DNA of 63,122 nt, the filler included, from Sphacelaria rigidula (lineage: Eukaryota): the NCBI GenBank assembly GCA_964200075.2. It is 4 parts of 4 records of this genome, joined end to end, with 100 filler letters (N's around TTAATTAATTAA, not from the genome) between each part and the next. Parts side by side here need not be neighbours in the genome. Positions count along the whole stretch, not along the records: positions 1 to 15,707 come from CAXNAA020001632.1; positions 15,808 to 31,514 come from CAXNAA020001633.1; 2 more parts are not named here. One strand, written 5' to 3'. The notes under the pieces were generated by a model. It was not told the origin of the DNA, searched no databases, and was given only the letters and a program-made list of their open reading frames with translations. The translations under genes were made by a program, and so were the position numbers. The stretch's first letter is position 1. Each line of letters begins with the position of its first letter. Shown in pieces: positions 14,276 to 26,450 of the stretch.

Positions 14276-15707
14276 GTCTCCATCGAACTTTATCGGTAGC
14301 GTACACCACCCGCGAAAGACGAAACTGGATTCACAACTCCTCGAATAGACGAACGCAGTTCCGCCACGATATGTCCCAGCTCTGAAATGATCAGGATTGA
14401 AATTGAGGCGTCATGGTCCATAATCTTTGAACGTTCAACCCTGATGGCCCCATCGAAAAGCCTTGCCTCGGTGAGGGTCCCCACCTATTTTGGTGAGGCT
14501 CGACTGCATGTACAGACACCATGACAGGTATCCGAGTCCTACTCGCAGCTGAAGGATCTTCGAACGAAAACGTGGACCCGCTGTGTGGCATTACTCACAT
14601 GGCTGTGGGTTTAAAGTATATTCTGTTGGATGTTCATGAGGCACAGGCTTCGGCCACGAATGCCACGACGCATATTGTCTCCCCTTGCTTCAGAAATGAG
14701 CGATGTTTCGCGTATCACTCTCCGCCTCGTGGATCCTGTAGTTGGCGAATATCGATGATCGACGTGATCAGCGTCCTGGCGACTTGGAACGGCGCAACAC
14801 CGATTTAGAGGAAGCCTCCCCTTCGCGAGCTCCATCAGATAAATCCCAAAATGGTCATGCTCCTAGTTCTGAACACGAGTTGACCGTGGCAGGGATGAAC
14901 GGTGTGAAGGATGTTGGACTGCTGGGTACACTACCGGCTGATGTGTCGATTTTCGGGGGAGATTGCTCCTTTTGACGTCCGGGCGAGTCGATGTCTACCC
15001 ACGCGCTGTCGGCATCATGGCGAAGACGCTCGCAACAGGGATGTGTCGTGGAGGACACCCGGCTCCGGTTCCGTGTGGACACTTGGATGTACATGTCAAC
15101 TCTGCACGTCCTGCCCAGATGTATGTAGGGCGTATATGTATGTGGTCATTCCATCTAGTCCGGACGCCATTTTGTAGCATCGCGGCATTTGTATGCGGGC
15201 ACATCAGACGGGATCACCAGGAGGAGGAAAAATGCAAGAGTTTTGACATGATTTTCTGCTACACACTGTATATGCGTGATTCGAAGAAAAGTGGGATACC
15301 ATCTATGTGCTCTTCTGCGACTTTTTCTGAACGCTTTTTTGTCGCTTTTGTTATCTTCTCGAGCGGAACCCGAAACCGATGTCTCTGCAGCACCCTCAAA
15401 ATAGACCCACGAACACCTACGGTAAGCAGAGGGTAGTCGCCGCGCAGGACGCGAATCCACCGGTCGACCGCCTTTAAGACGGGAATTTACGAATTTGGGA
15501 TGGATGTTTTTATTCGGGATTAATACCCGGAGAATTTAAATCCTTCGTATGTATGTATCCACATTAACTCTTCAAAGTATTCTTCTATAGTGGTAATTTT
15601 CCCGGACCCGCCCACAGGCCACTTGATTAATTTCTCTAAAACAGCCAATCATCCATGTTGAGGCTGGTGCTTTTCATTGAGGATGAGAACCCGGAGGATT
15701 AAAATCT

Positions 15708-15807
15708 NNNNNNNNNNNNNNNNNNNNNNNNNNNNNNNNNNNNNNNNNNNNTTAATTAATTAANNNNNNNNNNNNNNNNNNNNNNNNNNNNNNNNNNNNN
15801 NNNNNNN
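15708..15807. other. Artificial scaffold spacer N44-TTAATTAATTAA-N44
   Basis: 100-nt spacer whose core gives stops in all six frames; identical to 31515-31614 and 47321-47420. Confidence 0.97.
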
Positions 15808-15896
15808 AAAAAACAAAAGAAAAAAAAAAAAAGGGACCCCCCCCCCCCCCCCCCCCAGTGACAGGCTATCGTGCACATTCTATGCTCCTCAACTCC

Positions 15897-17930
15897 TGAC
15901 TGGTTGATTGACTGATTGATTGATTGTCGCACTTTAACTGACCCCCCAGGGGTCCAACCGTGGTCTCATGACAGACGTTCCCAAGGAAAACGAAACTGAA
16001 ACAAGCTCTGAGAAAAAGAAGGAACAGCAAAAAAAGAAAGGGGGGTCGAACAGAACGACATAGCAGACTAAGTCGTGACAATAAAGGTATTAAAAAACTC
16101 AACACAAGCAAAGCACAGAAAGAAATGGCCGACCCAAAACAAGAAAAAAGGGAAAGAAGAGGAAAGTACAGAGCAAATAAAATAAAACAAAACGATGGGA
16201 AAAATAGAGATAGAAAGTGAAAAAAAGGAAAAGGCCCAAGGGATTGAGGGCAGCAAAGTAGATACAGACACACACCAGTGGGCACCGCAGAGCCACCGAC
16301 TAAGGACATGATCAACAACCGATATGAGCAGACAGGATTCTCCGATTGGCAGCCCTCGACGTAGCAGCCTCTCGCTTGTTGCGGCGGTCTGAGTCTAGCT
16401 TGTCCGGGCGTCACCACGTGTCCTCAAACTCTTCCGCTCCCTTTTCGACTCCAATATGCCATTTGCCTCGGTCCTTGGCCGCAGTGACCCAATCGTATGC
16501 ATCGTTAACCTCTACACCGTAGACGAACCCCTTTGGTCGGGCTCCTTTGTGCGGGACAGCCCCTAACGCACGTAGGTTCTCCTTTAGGGTATCCTGCCAT
16601 TGCTTGGGGGGCGGCCGATCTCCTTGGGTCCTCGTGTGGAAAGCCGACCGTTCATGACACGCTTGGAAAGGCGTGTGTCCTTCTGCCGGACAAGGGCTCC
16701 CGCGAAGCAGAGTTGACGCTTGCGGATAGTCGTCTCGATACGTTGGCAGTTGGTCATCTCCAGCACCGCTCTGTACGAAAGAGTCTTGTAGCCATTTCGA
16801 TCGTTCCTGCGGAATCCAACCACTCGCAGCAAGAGCTTGTGATGGGCAGTGCGCAGACTGTCGAAGTCCTCAGGAAGTAGTGTCCGTGTGGCACACCCAT
16901 ACAATGGAGCTTCTACCACCTCCGCTTCAAGTCGTCGAACTTTCAAGGATAGCTCGGCGTTGGGTCGGTCGTAGAGTTGGGAGCTATGTGTTCGGATACG
17001 CGCCCACGCCGCGCTGATACGGCGGTTGAGTTCGATGGACATTTTCGCATCCGCGCTGGTAGCTCCACCAAGGTAGTTGAACTTCCCCGTCTGCTTATAT
17101 CGTTGACCGGCAGCTCTTATATCCAGGGTGGTCTCGGTGGGACTGGGTACTGACCAAGGGCGCATGGACTCTGTCTTATTCTCGGAGACCATCATTCCGA
17201 ATTCCTGGCGGGTCATCACTATCACGGCCATCATTCGAGCAAGGCCTTCTGAGGTCTTCGAGGCTATGCCGGCGTCGTCCGCATAAAGCATTGCCCACAC
17301 CGCGCGTCGCACCTTTTCCAGTGGTGTCTCTTCCACGGGTTCACCACCAACACCTTGTGGCGCATCATCTAGAAAGACCAAGTCTAAGACGATGAGTGGG
17401 TCCGCCGCAAACCGCTGGACGATCACTTCCACCAACCCTGCTCCGAAGATGTTGAACAGCAGCGGAGACGAAACGCAACCTGGTCTGAGTCCCTGGCAGA
17501 CGTCGAACCACGCTGATAGTTCGCCACTATCTAGCTGTACTCGAGCTCGCATGCCGTCGTGAAACATACGGATGATCGTGGTCATTCGCGACAGGGCTCC
17601 GAACCGAGCAAGCACTCCCCACAGGAGCGTGCGATTTACAGCATCGTAGGCTTTCTGCAGATCGATGAAGCACATGTTTATTGGGATGTTGCTCGCCCTT
17701 CCCAACTCCTGGAGTCGGCGAACTACGAACATCATGTCTATAGTCGATCTTTGGCGCCTAAATCCACACTCCTTTTCCGGGAAAACGTATGTTTCCTCAC
17801 AAAAATCACCGAGCCTGTTGGCTACAATTTTGAGGAGAACTTTGGCACTGTATGCCACAAGTGAAATGCCTCTGTAGTTACTACACTGGGTCCTATCTTG
17901 TTTTTTTTGTGGCACTTCGATGGTGACATC
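15897..17930 (-). mobile_element. 5'-truncated non-LTR retrotransposon, RTE clade, with (AATC)n 3' tail
   Basis: RT ORF plus a frameshifted C-terminus (PKQWQDTLKENL...WVTAAKDRGKWHIGVEKG), then a 3' UTR and a microsatellite tail (ttga)n at 15897-15926. No endonuclease domain is present and no TSD was found. Confidence 0.9.
16584..17915 (-). pseudogene. LINE reverse transcriptase domain (partial ORF2)
   Basis: Motifs NYRGISLV...KVLLKIVANRL, CGFRRQRSTIDMMF, FIDLQKAYDAV, QGLRPGCVSSPLLFNI, catalytic LYADDA, FNYLG, PLYGC; frameshift near 16610. Confidence 0.92.
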
Positions 17931-17984
17931 TCGTGTTTGTTTTCCGTCATACTTTCGACCCCTCCCCTTCTTCGGGGCCAGTCC

Positions 17985-18135
17985 GTTGTCTAATGGTCTA
18001 ATGATCGAATGGGATCAACCCATCTCTCTCCCGTTACACGCCTTGCATTTTGGTCTCATGCATTGGATCATGACCAGCCCTCCCGCACCGCGCCGACTCT
18101 CGTCAAACAAACTCAGTCGAACAAACGATTTTGGC
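17985..18135 (-). repeat. Partial second copy of the family A SINE body
   Basis: Matches 18321-18435 (ttttggtctc...cccgcacc...aaactcag) and the reverse complement of 62745-62860. Confidence 0.6.
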
Positions 18136-18310
18136 TACTCACGTCCGTACGTCCTCACGTACGTCCGTCCTCACGCTTTCAACGACAGAAATCAGATCAT
18201 TTTGAAAGAAACACCCAAACGCATCTGGTGAGAAGTTAACCCTCGTTTTTTCCACCCTAACGGGTTCAGTTCTTCTTTTGGTTCGCGCCTTGAACCCCTC
18301 CTCTTGCTCG

Positions 18311-18579
18311 CGATGAGTCCGTGGTCTCAAGCGATCAACGCATCTCTCCCTCAGTACGCGCTCTACATTTTGGTCTCGCGGAATGGGTCAGCACTCCCGC
18401 ACCTCGTCAACTCACGTCAACCAAACTCAGCCAACTACTTTGTTTACTCACGTTCTCACGCTTTCCACGGTGGAAATCAAACATTACGAAGAAAAACCCA
18501 ACGCATCGGGAATCAAACCCTCGTTCTCTCCACCCGAATGGTGACAGTCGGACCATTACACCACCGGGGCGCGGCGGCA
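18311..18579 (-). mobile_element. tRNA-derived SINE (family A)
   Basis: The minus strand reads gccccggTGGTGTAATGGtccgact...gaGGGTTTGATTCCcgatg (Pol III A and B boxes) followed by a non-tRNA body; homologous to 62605-62877. Confidence 0.7.
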
Positions 18580-19396
18580 ACAGTTGCAACATCTGAATTT
18601 AGACCAACGGGAGCGGCGGTATGTATGTTGTATCAACGAAGGACTCGTTTGTCACATATTCTGGTGGTCCCAGGGTTCCGTGTTACTGTTACGAAAATCG
18701 ATTTTTCAAGGGTGAAAATGTGCCCTTCTATCACACTGATGTGACCATCGGTGCGATTCATGATCCAAGAGTAAAAACGTGACGTCGTTCATGACCCGGA
18801 CATGATGGTGTTACGCGATACGTGGCAGTTCTAAGGCGATCATATTGCCCTCTTGGTCCCGTCTTCAGCAACTTATGTTGTATCGTTTGATGCTCTCTCC
18901 CTCGTGAAAAGTAAGACTTGATCAACTCAGAAGCAGTGCCAGAGAGTAAACAGAAGAGTGGGGGGAAAGTGTACTTATAATATTGCATACCATGGTCAAA
19001 TGACCATTGACCTCGCACCCCTACAAAGCCGGGACGAAGCACACCGGATTATCGCCAGATCACCCTCGCAGTCAATAGCCAAGCGCGGAGCCGGGAGGGG
19101 GTGAGAAATACCTGACCCCAGCATCCTACATGATTTGCGCGTGAATGTAACGTGTGATTTGATATCCTGCGGACCTCACAGGGGCAAGATCTCTCACAGT
19201 GGAGTACGGCACCACCATGAGAAACCATATTTTTACAGTATAGTACAGTAAAACGCACTGTTTCTCATACGTAATTCAGAGCTTCAACATGGCCTCATCG
19301 ATGACCTGCGCCGTAGAGACTTGACCCCACGACTGAAAAAGTTGGGGTAAGATTCTTACACGCGAGTACACCTACATTGTTCACACCTTGGACAAT

Positions 19397-19554
19397 GACA
19401 CTATATGGTCAAAAGTTACAATAGAAAGAAAGAAATGTACTGCGTAAAGTATAGGCCTCTTGCAACTGCTGTCGGTCGACTATAGGCGCAATAGGCCTAT
19501 ACTTTACGCAGTACATTCCTTTCATTCTATTGCACCTATTGACCATATAGTGTC
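19397..19554. repeat. Imperfect ~158-bp palindrome (foldback/MITE-like)
   Basis: gacactatatggtcaa...aatgtactgcgtaaagtataggcct pairs with aggcctatactttacgcagtacatt...ttgaccatatagtgtc. Confidence 0.85.
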
Positions 19555-20398
19555 CGAGATGTGATATTGTTGCAACGGGGACCGCGGCTTAGCTCTGAGT
19601 TTTCCCAGGTGGAAGCCAACATAAATGGGCAGATGTGTGAAATACCACGTCATGCTTCGTGAATTCCGAGGAAAACAGACTGATGCGTGACCGTATGGCG
19701 AAGTGTCTCGCTGTTCTACCGAGCAAGAGCTTGAAAGATTCATTCGGAGGTCAAAACACAGGCATCGAGCTCTCTCAACACCTTGAGAAGCAAGCGGGGA
19801 ATAGAGGAGGAACGCTCGACGCCACTATTCTATCTGCCTACCTGAGACAAGGTCAGGAAAGATACAGGGCAGACGCTGGGAATCAAGGCAAACACAAACA
19901 CGCACTTATTGAGGCAGACAGGCTTCTCGTGCGCTCCAAGAGCCAACAATCCCCTGACCTGACCATCGACCACGCACCGCTGCCATGTCCTTGCTCGGAA
20001 GCAATATCCTCGCGATGTGGCCCTTTTTCTTGACCCCCGTCGCTCGTATGCCGCGACACGAACGGCAAGACGCGAAGCGACGAGACATTTGCCATCGGAT
20101 GCGGGCAAGCACACTCCTGCTCCGAAGGAAACCAATGAGCAGAGTGGAACGGTGGGACGGTGGGTCGGGAGGAGAGCGGCGAGAGGTGGGGGGGCAACAA
20201 TAGGGGGAAACGGTTAAGTGATTGCAGTGAGAAGGCAATGGGTGCAGGCTCCACCCGTGTTCAGCGTCACTCGTCCTGAAAGTTTTTCAAGCAAGCGCAT
20301 CTCCCGTGCTGGGCATTGTACGAGAAGGTCCTGAACACAGACCGTAAGGAGAACCAACGTGGAGACGATGCAACAAGTGCATTAGCGGCCATCTGACT

Positions 20399-23300
20399 CT
20401 ATACCGCACGGTAGATTTCGGCGTAACTCTTGCAGCCGTTCTTCTGCGGCACTAGTAGGCAGCATGTGAAACATTGAGACATCAGGAACACCAGCCAGCA
20501 GTACATAGATGTCGCCAGCCCTCGCCTGGACATTTCGCGAGTGTAGCCGTCTTGAAAGTCCCACAGTCCGTCATCGTTTGCCACCGTCTGCGACCAGAAC
20601 TCCCTCCCCTCCGGAATAAGTTTGTACTTGCTGCCCCGGCGAAAATCAACAGGGGTGGGTAGGAAGAGACCAAGCCGACGCTGTCAGGATGGAGCGATGC
20701 GGTACAATGTGCTACCCACCATATGGGAGCGTGCTACAAGTACCAGCGGCGGTAAGTCGTGGGAATAGAGGCGACAGCAGCAGCAGAGGCAAAAGAGGCA
20801 GCAGTAGTCATAGTACAAGTCGTACTTGCAGAAGCAGTCGAAACAGATATTTTCAGTATTCACCAGGGAAACGTCTCTGTCAAAGATGCACAGCACCAAG
20901 CCCTACCGGAGCGGTGGTGCGCTTTTACCTTCGCTGCTCACGTTTCGTCTACCCTGTAAACCTGCTTGTTGATGGCAACCGTCCTTTCCATTTTGGCTTG
21001 CAAATGCTCCATGGATCTCACGCCTATCTCCGCCTTGACAGCCTCCATTTCCACAACCTTAAACCTCGTCCTCATGGACTGCTCCTCTTCCTGTAGGCCG
21101 CATAAGAACCCGAAGGAAAAGGTGAGTATAATTCAGGGTGGGTAAAACGTTTCTTCTTTTAACGTCAATCCGGCTCTGAGATTTTCGCGCAGAAGTGACG
21201 GTTATGTTCATCCGGCTAAACGTAGACATAAAGCGATGTTGTGCCATCTGGCGCTTTCGGTACGACTACTTTTCGGTGGGCAAAGCACCACCACTCCTCT
21301 TTAGACCAGCAGGCGGCACATGAGTGAAAAATGCATTACGGCCCATTTTCCCATCGAATACTAAATGCGGGAGGGGAGTACTACGGCTACAAGTAATCAA
21401 GCTGGCAGGTATACCAGAGCCCTGAAAAATGGAGTCAGTTCACGTCTTGAGAGTACGTACACTATTTTCGAGAGGTTGGTGTAAGTTGACCGCGAGTCAG
21501 AAGGATCGAATTGATGTGGCGATAGCAGAAACCAGTGAGGCGGCGGAATTATGGATATCTTGGAGACAACGCTGCACCCTATGGAAAGGGTGTTAAACAG
21601 GTCACTCCTGTAGCTAATGCTGCTGCTTGCGTAGAGGCGTCTCTTGCGAGTTTATGGTAATTTCCGGCCGGTATGTCGATATTTTTACCCCGCCATAAGG
21701 GAGGCGCAGCAGGACTGAGAGATATGCTCGTGAAATTCTCTGTCTAACGATATCCGCCCATTGCAAGGGTCTTCGAGGTAACCATACGCTTGGCATCATA
21801 AACGTGAAATGTGTGCTTGACATTCTCGACACAGCGGACAGTTGGAACAGCCACGGCTACTTTCACGCTTGGTTAAAGCATTACCATTGAGACAAACTTC
21901 TAAGTCAACATCTCACCTTGAGTTCTTGAAGGAGGGCCTCCTTCTTCACCTCAGCAGCAAGATGTTCTTGCTTGATTACCCTATCCATCCTACATCTATT
22001 TTCCGCCTCCATTGCCGAGCGCTCCAGCTGCTCCTGCTGCGCCTTAACCTAGTAGTCGAGCGAAGAATCCGCCTCGTCCATCAAACAGCCGTCTCTTCAC
22101 GTCCTTTGATGCACACGGTCGTGCGTCCAAATACTTCGGTTTTCTGACAGGGATGAGCCTTCGTGACCGACAGTAAACTCTGGAGAAATCTCAGCATGTC
22201 CTAACAACTCTACTGTCCATATCCACCTGGCGATTCTTGCGGATGTAGAGATATGTACATTGCCTGCTACTGATACCATCAATATTGGCGACTCTGTCAA
22301 GCACCACCGACACCATATTGCACAAGCGTGTATGCCAAGGTTACCCCGAGACCTCAACGTCAGGCCAGGCGCACCGTACCTCCGCGGACAAAGCTTGCTT
22401 GACACCAAGAATGCTCTCAATTTGCGTTTCTTGCAGTTCAGCCAGTTTCTCCATTTCCACCTCCCTTGCCCGTATCCGCTCCATTTCCTCCAGCAACTTT
22501 CGTTTTTCTGCTCGGGCGATCTGGGACAGCAGGGATAGTTCATACACAGGTGTACAGACCCACTGATGAGAGCCCACGCCGTGACACTTCGTACCCCCGG
22601 TTGAGTACCACCCGAGAGGACTAAAGATTTCAGGTGCAGAGTCGATTCCCGAAATACCCAAGTGGGTGCCGTTGGAACACGTACGAATGGCTGTGATATT
22701 GCTGCGATACTTGAATATACGACTGGTCACCGTCAAAAAAAAAAAGTGGCCATGCAAACGCGTCTCTCTCGTTGTCTCTCGTTTGGGCAGACAAACGCCC
22801 GGGCTTCATAAGCTTGTGAAAACGGTATCGTCCTGATCCGACGGTGTGCGTTATCCGGCTGGGGGGACAGAATCTCAATTTACCCGAACGCGACTCTTGA
22901 ACCGCGATGCCGTCAAGACTAGCAACGTGTAGTTTCTACCGTCAATCGACATAAAATATGTAGACCACCTTGCTCTTCTGCCGTAGCATACGGAGGAGCG
23001 TCAACAGCATTTCCTCAAAAAGTCCCAAGTACCCATCTTGGGCCACTTTCATCGCCTCGGGGTTGCCTCTGCCAATTTCACCTCGAGCACGACCATCCGC
23101 TCCGGCTCTCAGTCCCGCCTTCGACCGCTCAGGATAAACGAGAGACAGCGACAATGCTTTCAACTTTTGCAAAACGCCCATCATTTCTGGGCTGCGCCGC
23201 AGTCGGGCCAACTGCTCCTCCCCGGAATCTTCCAGCAGAGAAGACTCCGAGTTGCAGTCCTGGGTCTCGGAGCAGCTGTCGCCCTTGCCGCCCGCTGGGA

Positions 23301-23697
23301 ATTTTCCCGAAACCTCGCAGACGCGGTGCAAGAGGTGTCCCTCGAAGTGCATGTTGTCAACGATTTGCTTCGGCTTACTGTTGCGGCAAGGGGAAGTTAA
23401 TATCCCTTTACTGGCAGATGCATTTTCTTCGCCGAAGCTGCTGCTATGGGTCGATCCTAGGCTGAAAGCGGCCGAGGTTTCATCGCTGCTAACGAGAGAG
23501 GTAAGCGATTCGTGCGAGCACGCAGAGTCTTCATCATTGAACTGTTCGCCGTGGCACCGTTGTTCTTCTCCCAATTCCGACCCACCCCCCAGTTCTGACA
23601 CATGGTCTACTTGCCAAACGGAAGCCAGTTTCCCGTCTCCAAAGTCAGCGAGGACAGGGCCAAACCTGATTGATTCGCGGGCAGTGTAGAGGTGAGA
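20399..23697 (-). CDS. Partial multi-exon hypothetical coiled-coil protein; exons ~22969-23697, 22380-22520, 21917-22048, 20962-21090, and possibly 20399-20587 (terminal). Further upstream exons may lie near 25749-25880 and 28103-28225
   Basis: Three consecutive phase-0 exons (141, 132, 129 nt) with AG/GT borders encode E/K/R-rich helices (IARAEKRKLLEEMERIRAREVEMEKL; VKAQQEQLERSAMEAENR; EEEQSMRTRFKVVEMEA). They join in frame to the long S-rich ORF 22942-23712. No family recognised; terminal and upstream exons are uncertain. Confidence 0.55.
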
Positions 23698-23802
23698 CTG
23701 AGGAGAACGCAAACCCGAAACGTTTTGTTAGGCAGGCACGTCCGCGAGGTTCGAAAGGCTTTCATTTCAAAACGTGAAATATATATATATATACGAAGTA
23801 TA

Positions 23803-24924
23803 CAGGCTGGTTCAGATTGAATACCCAAAGTTTATTCTCCGGCTGATGACGAACGCAAAACCCAGTCAATACGCACAAATGTGGTACCATACTAACCGCA
23901 ATGAACAGACAAAAATGGTGATATAGGCATATTTTCGTTGAAGGCTATAGCGGTGGCGCTATGGACAAAAGTATGTCTTGACCAATCAGCGCTCTCCAAA
24001 TTGTTCCGAAATTGACAACACGAATTCCAAGCCCAATTTCCACCGAATCTCCACATGGTTCAACTCGTAGTAGCCGTCATCAGCCTGGGAATCTAACGGG
24101 AGACACAGAGTTGAAAACGGTTCCAACGGGGTCGAATTTCGCCCAAAACCGTAATGTTTCGGTGATGTGGAGCTTTGGCGTCGTCTAACTTCCAGTCATG
24201 ATATGTACGAAAGACCCACGGAGCCTCGTGACGATTTCCCCTTTATCTGTTGCAGAAAAGTTCATATCATCCTCAAACTTTGCAGTTCTGTAGGTATTGA
24301 TGCTCCAAATGGAAAAATTGCATTCTTGGCAAGATTTCAAAGTTTCTCCGTTCTCTACCGGCTTCCGGGGGTCCCAGCATAAAGACCCCCGGAAACCGGT
24401 ACAGAATGCCTCAACCCCCAAAACTTCGACACTTTAGGGTTAGTGGTATCCCAAGGAACATTTGTGTGAGTTTTCATGACCTAACTCGAAAATCTTGAGT
24501 AGAACAGCGCGTGCAAGCCAAAAAGAACCGGTAAAATCACCACTTATATTTTAATCAAGTATTTAGGGGGACACGCAGACTTTTTCATACTTCAGCGCAA
24601 GTTTCGCGATTTCCTCACGCCGCTTTTTCGAGTTAGACCACGAAAGTTTGCACATATGTTCTTGAGGGCACTATCTAAAACTCGAAGACCGGGCTTTTTA
24701 TTTTTTTTGTTGGTGACTTCTTATCCAAGGTCGCGGCTGACCTACTTGACCGGGGGAGGGGTAAAATCCCGACTATCTCGACACCAAAAATAAAATAAAA
24801 CGGTCTTCGAGTTTTAGATAGTGCCCTCAAGAACATGTCTGCAAATTTTCGTGGTCTAACTCGAAAAACCGGCGTGAGGAATTCCCGGGGAATGAATTTT
24901 GGGCGTTCAATCTGAACCAGCTCG
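23803..24924. mobile_element. ~1.1-kb non-autonomous TIR element flanked by TA/(TA)n (Tc1/mariner-like)
   Basis: Left ta|caggctggttcagattgaatacccaaagtttattc; right gaatgaattttgggcgttcaatctgaaccagctcg|ta. It contains an internal ~105-bp inverted repeat at 24608-24715/24783-24885. Confidence 0.7.
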
Positions 24925-26295
24925 TATATATATATATATATACACGTCGGGAATAGAACGTTCTTACCCTGTGAGCACGGGCGGCGTTCTGTTCTGAGAA
25001 CCGGTCCTCCACTAGTCTCACCAGATTTGAAGAATGATCATCGTGTAGGCCAATATTGCCCCCAGTAGGCCATTAGGCGCTAACTCAGATTCGAAAAAAT
25101 AATTGAACCAATAGGATTGCGAAGCGGGGCCATGAGGTATTCTCTTGCCTACATGCCTGAAACGCAAAAGCCGCCCTGCCCTTCCCAATTCCTAACGCCA
25201 CGAGCTCCCGCTTGGGCGGCAGGGGTCTATAAAGAGGACAAGCTCACCACCGCGGTTTCATGTGGGGTACCTGTGCGTTCGTCAACTTGTTGCGTTCGTT
25301 TTGCTCGGCTGGTTGTAAGGGGATAGGCGGGGGAAAACATGACAAAATCACCCGACTACTCCCGCCCGCGCCGCCTGCAGCATGTATGCGCCCCACCAAA
25401 TACGGCACGCCATTCAGCTATCAGCAACAGCCGTATATAATGATTGACATGCATGCAGCTTTCCACTGTGGGTGCGATCATGACTGCTGTACGGCATTCC
25501 AATATTTTCTTCTCTGAAACGACGACGCCGCTGGCCGCAGAATATTCTCACAAATTTCTGGCGCGCGGCATCTACGGGGCAACCCGGTCGTTTCAATGTA
25601 AGCGTTCTATCTCCACCACAAACAACTATTCTGAACCCCCGACGGAAAAGGGAAGGACAAAAGAACAACTTACTGACGCATGGTTGCGTAAGGGATAAAC
25701 GAAAAAAAATGCAGTCAGTTACCTTCAGACTACGGGAAAGTATGTCACCTGATTGACGCGTCCACAGCAGAGAGGTCACTCCATTCGGACCGCTGAATAG
25801 ATGAGAGCGAAGCAGCGTCTGATTTCACCCTGTCCGGCAGAGAGGTACTCTTGAGTAGAGCGTTTGCTCGACCTTCCTGCGCCCTACAAATGCTCTGATC
25901 TCTCTTCGATGCTAGCTGTCGACTCCGATTGGCCAGCGCCGCAACCCTGTGTCTTCTCTCTTCCACCTAAGTGTTATCACAGCGCCAGACGAGTGTACGA
26001 AGGTGGTTGGTTTCCAGGTGTTGGGTCGAACAGTGCCTGGTTCCTCGCGGCGACATTCGTGACTATGTGTGCACTTCAACGACTTTGAATATGATGCAAT
26101 GATGCATATTGCAAGAACCATCCTGTAGTACAGAGTGAAGTTGGGGCACCGCTTCATTCAGCGTGGATAAGGTGGCATTTTAACCGAAATTGCGCAAAAA
26201 CGACCTTGAATCAGACTCAGTTCGTTTTGGCTTTGGAGCAAGTGACCGATAAAAATAAGCGATAGCTTGACCGAGAAAGATACTGCAGATCACAA

Positions 26296-26296
<1 letters not shown>

Positions 26297-26327
<31 letters not shown>

Positions 26328-26450
26328 CCGCACTCTAACTGACCCCTCAGGGGTCCAGCCGCGGTCTCATGATAGACGTACCCAAGAAAAACATAAACTG
26401 AAACACTCGCTGCAGAAAATAAGGAACAGGAAAAAAAAGTCGAGCAGAAC
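26297..26450 (-). mobile_element. Short 3'-end copy of the same RTE LINE family with (AATC)n tail
   Basis: (ttga)n-ttgccgcactctaactgacccctcaggggtccagccgcggtctcatga matches 15903-15975. Confidence 0.85.

Noticed and set aside
19659..20033. 124-aa ORF as a gene or recombinase fragment
   Set aside because: Protein-like at the start, but no diagnostic motif or splice support; cannot be called.
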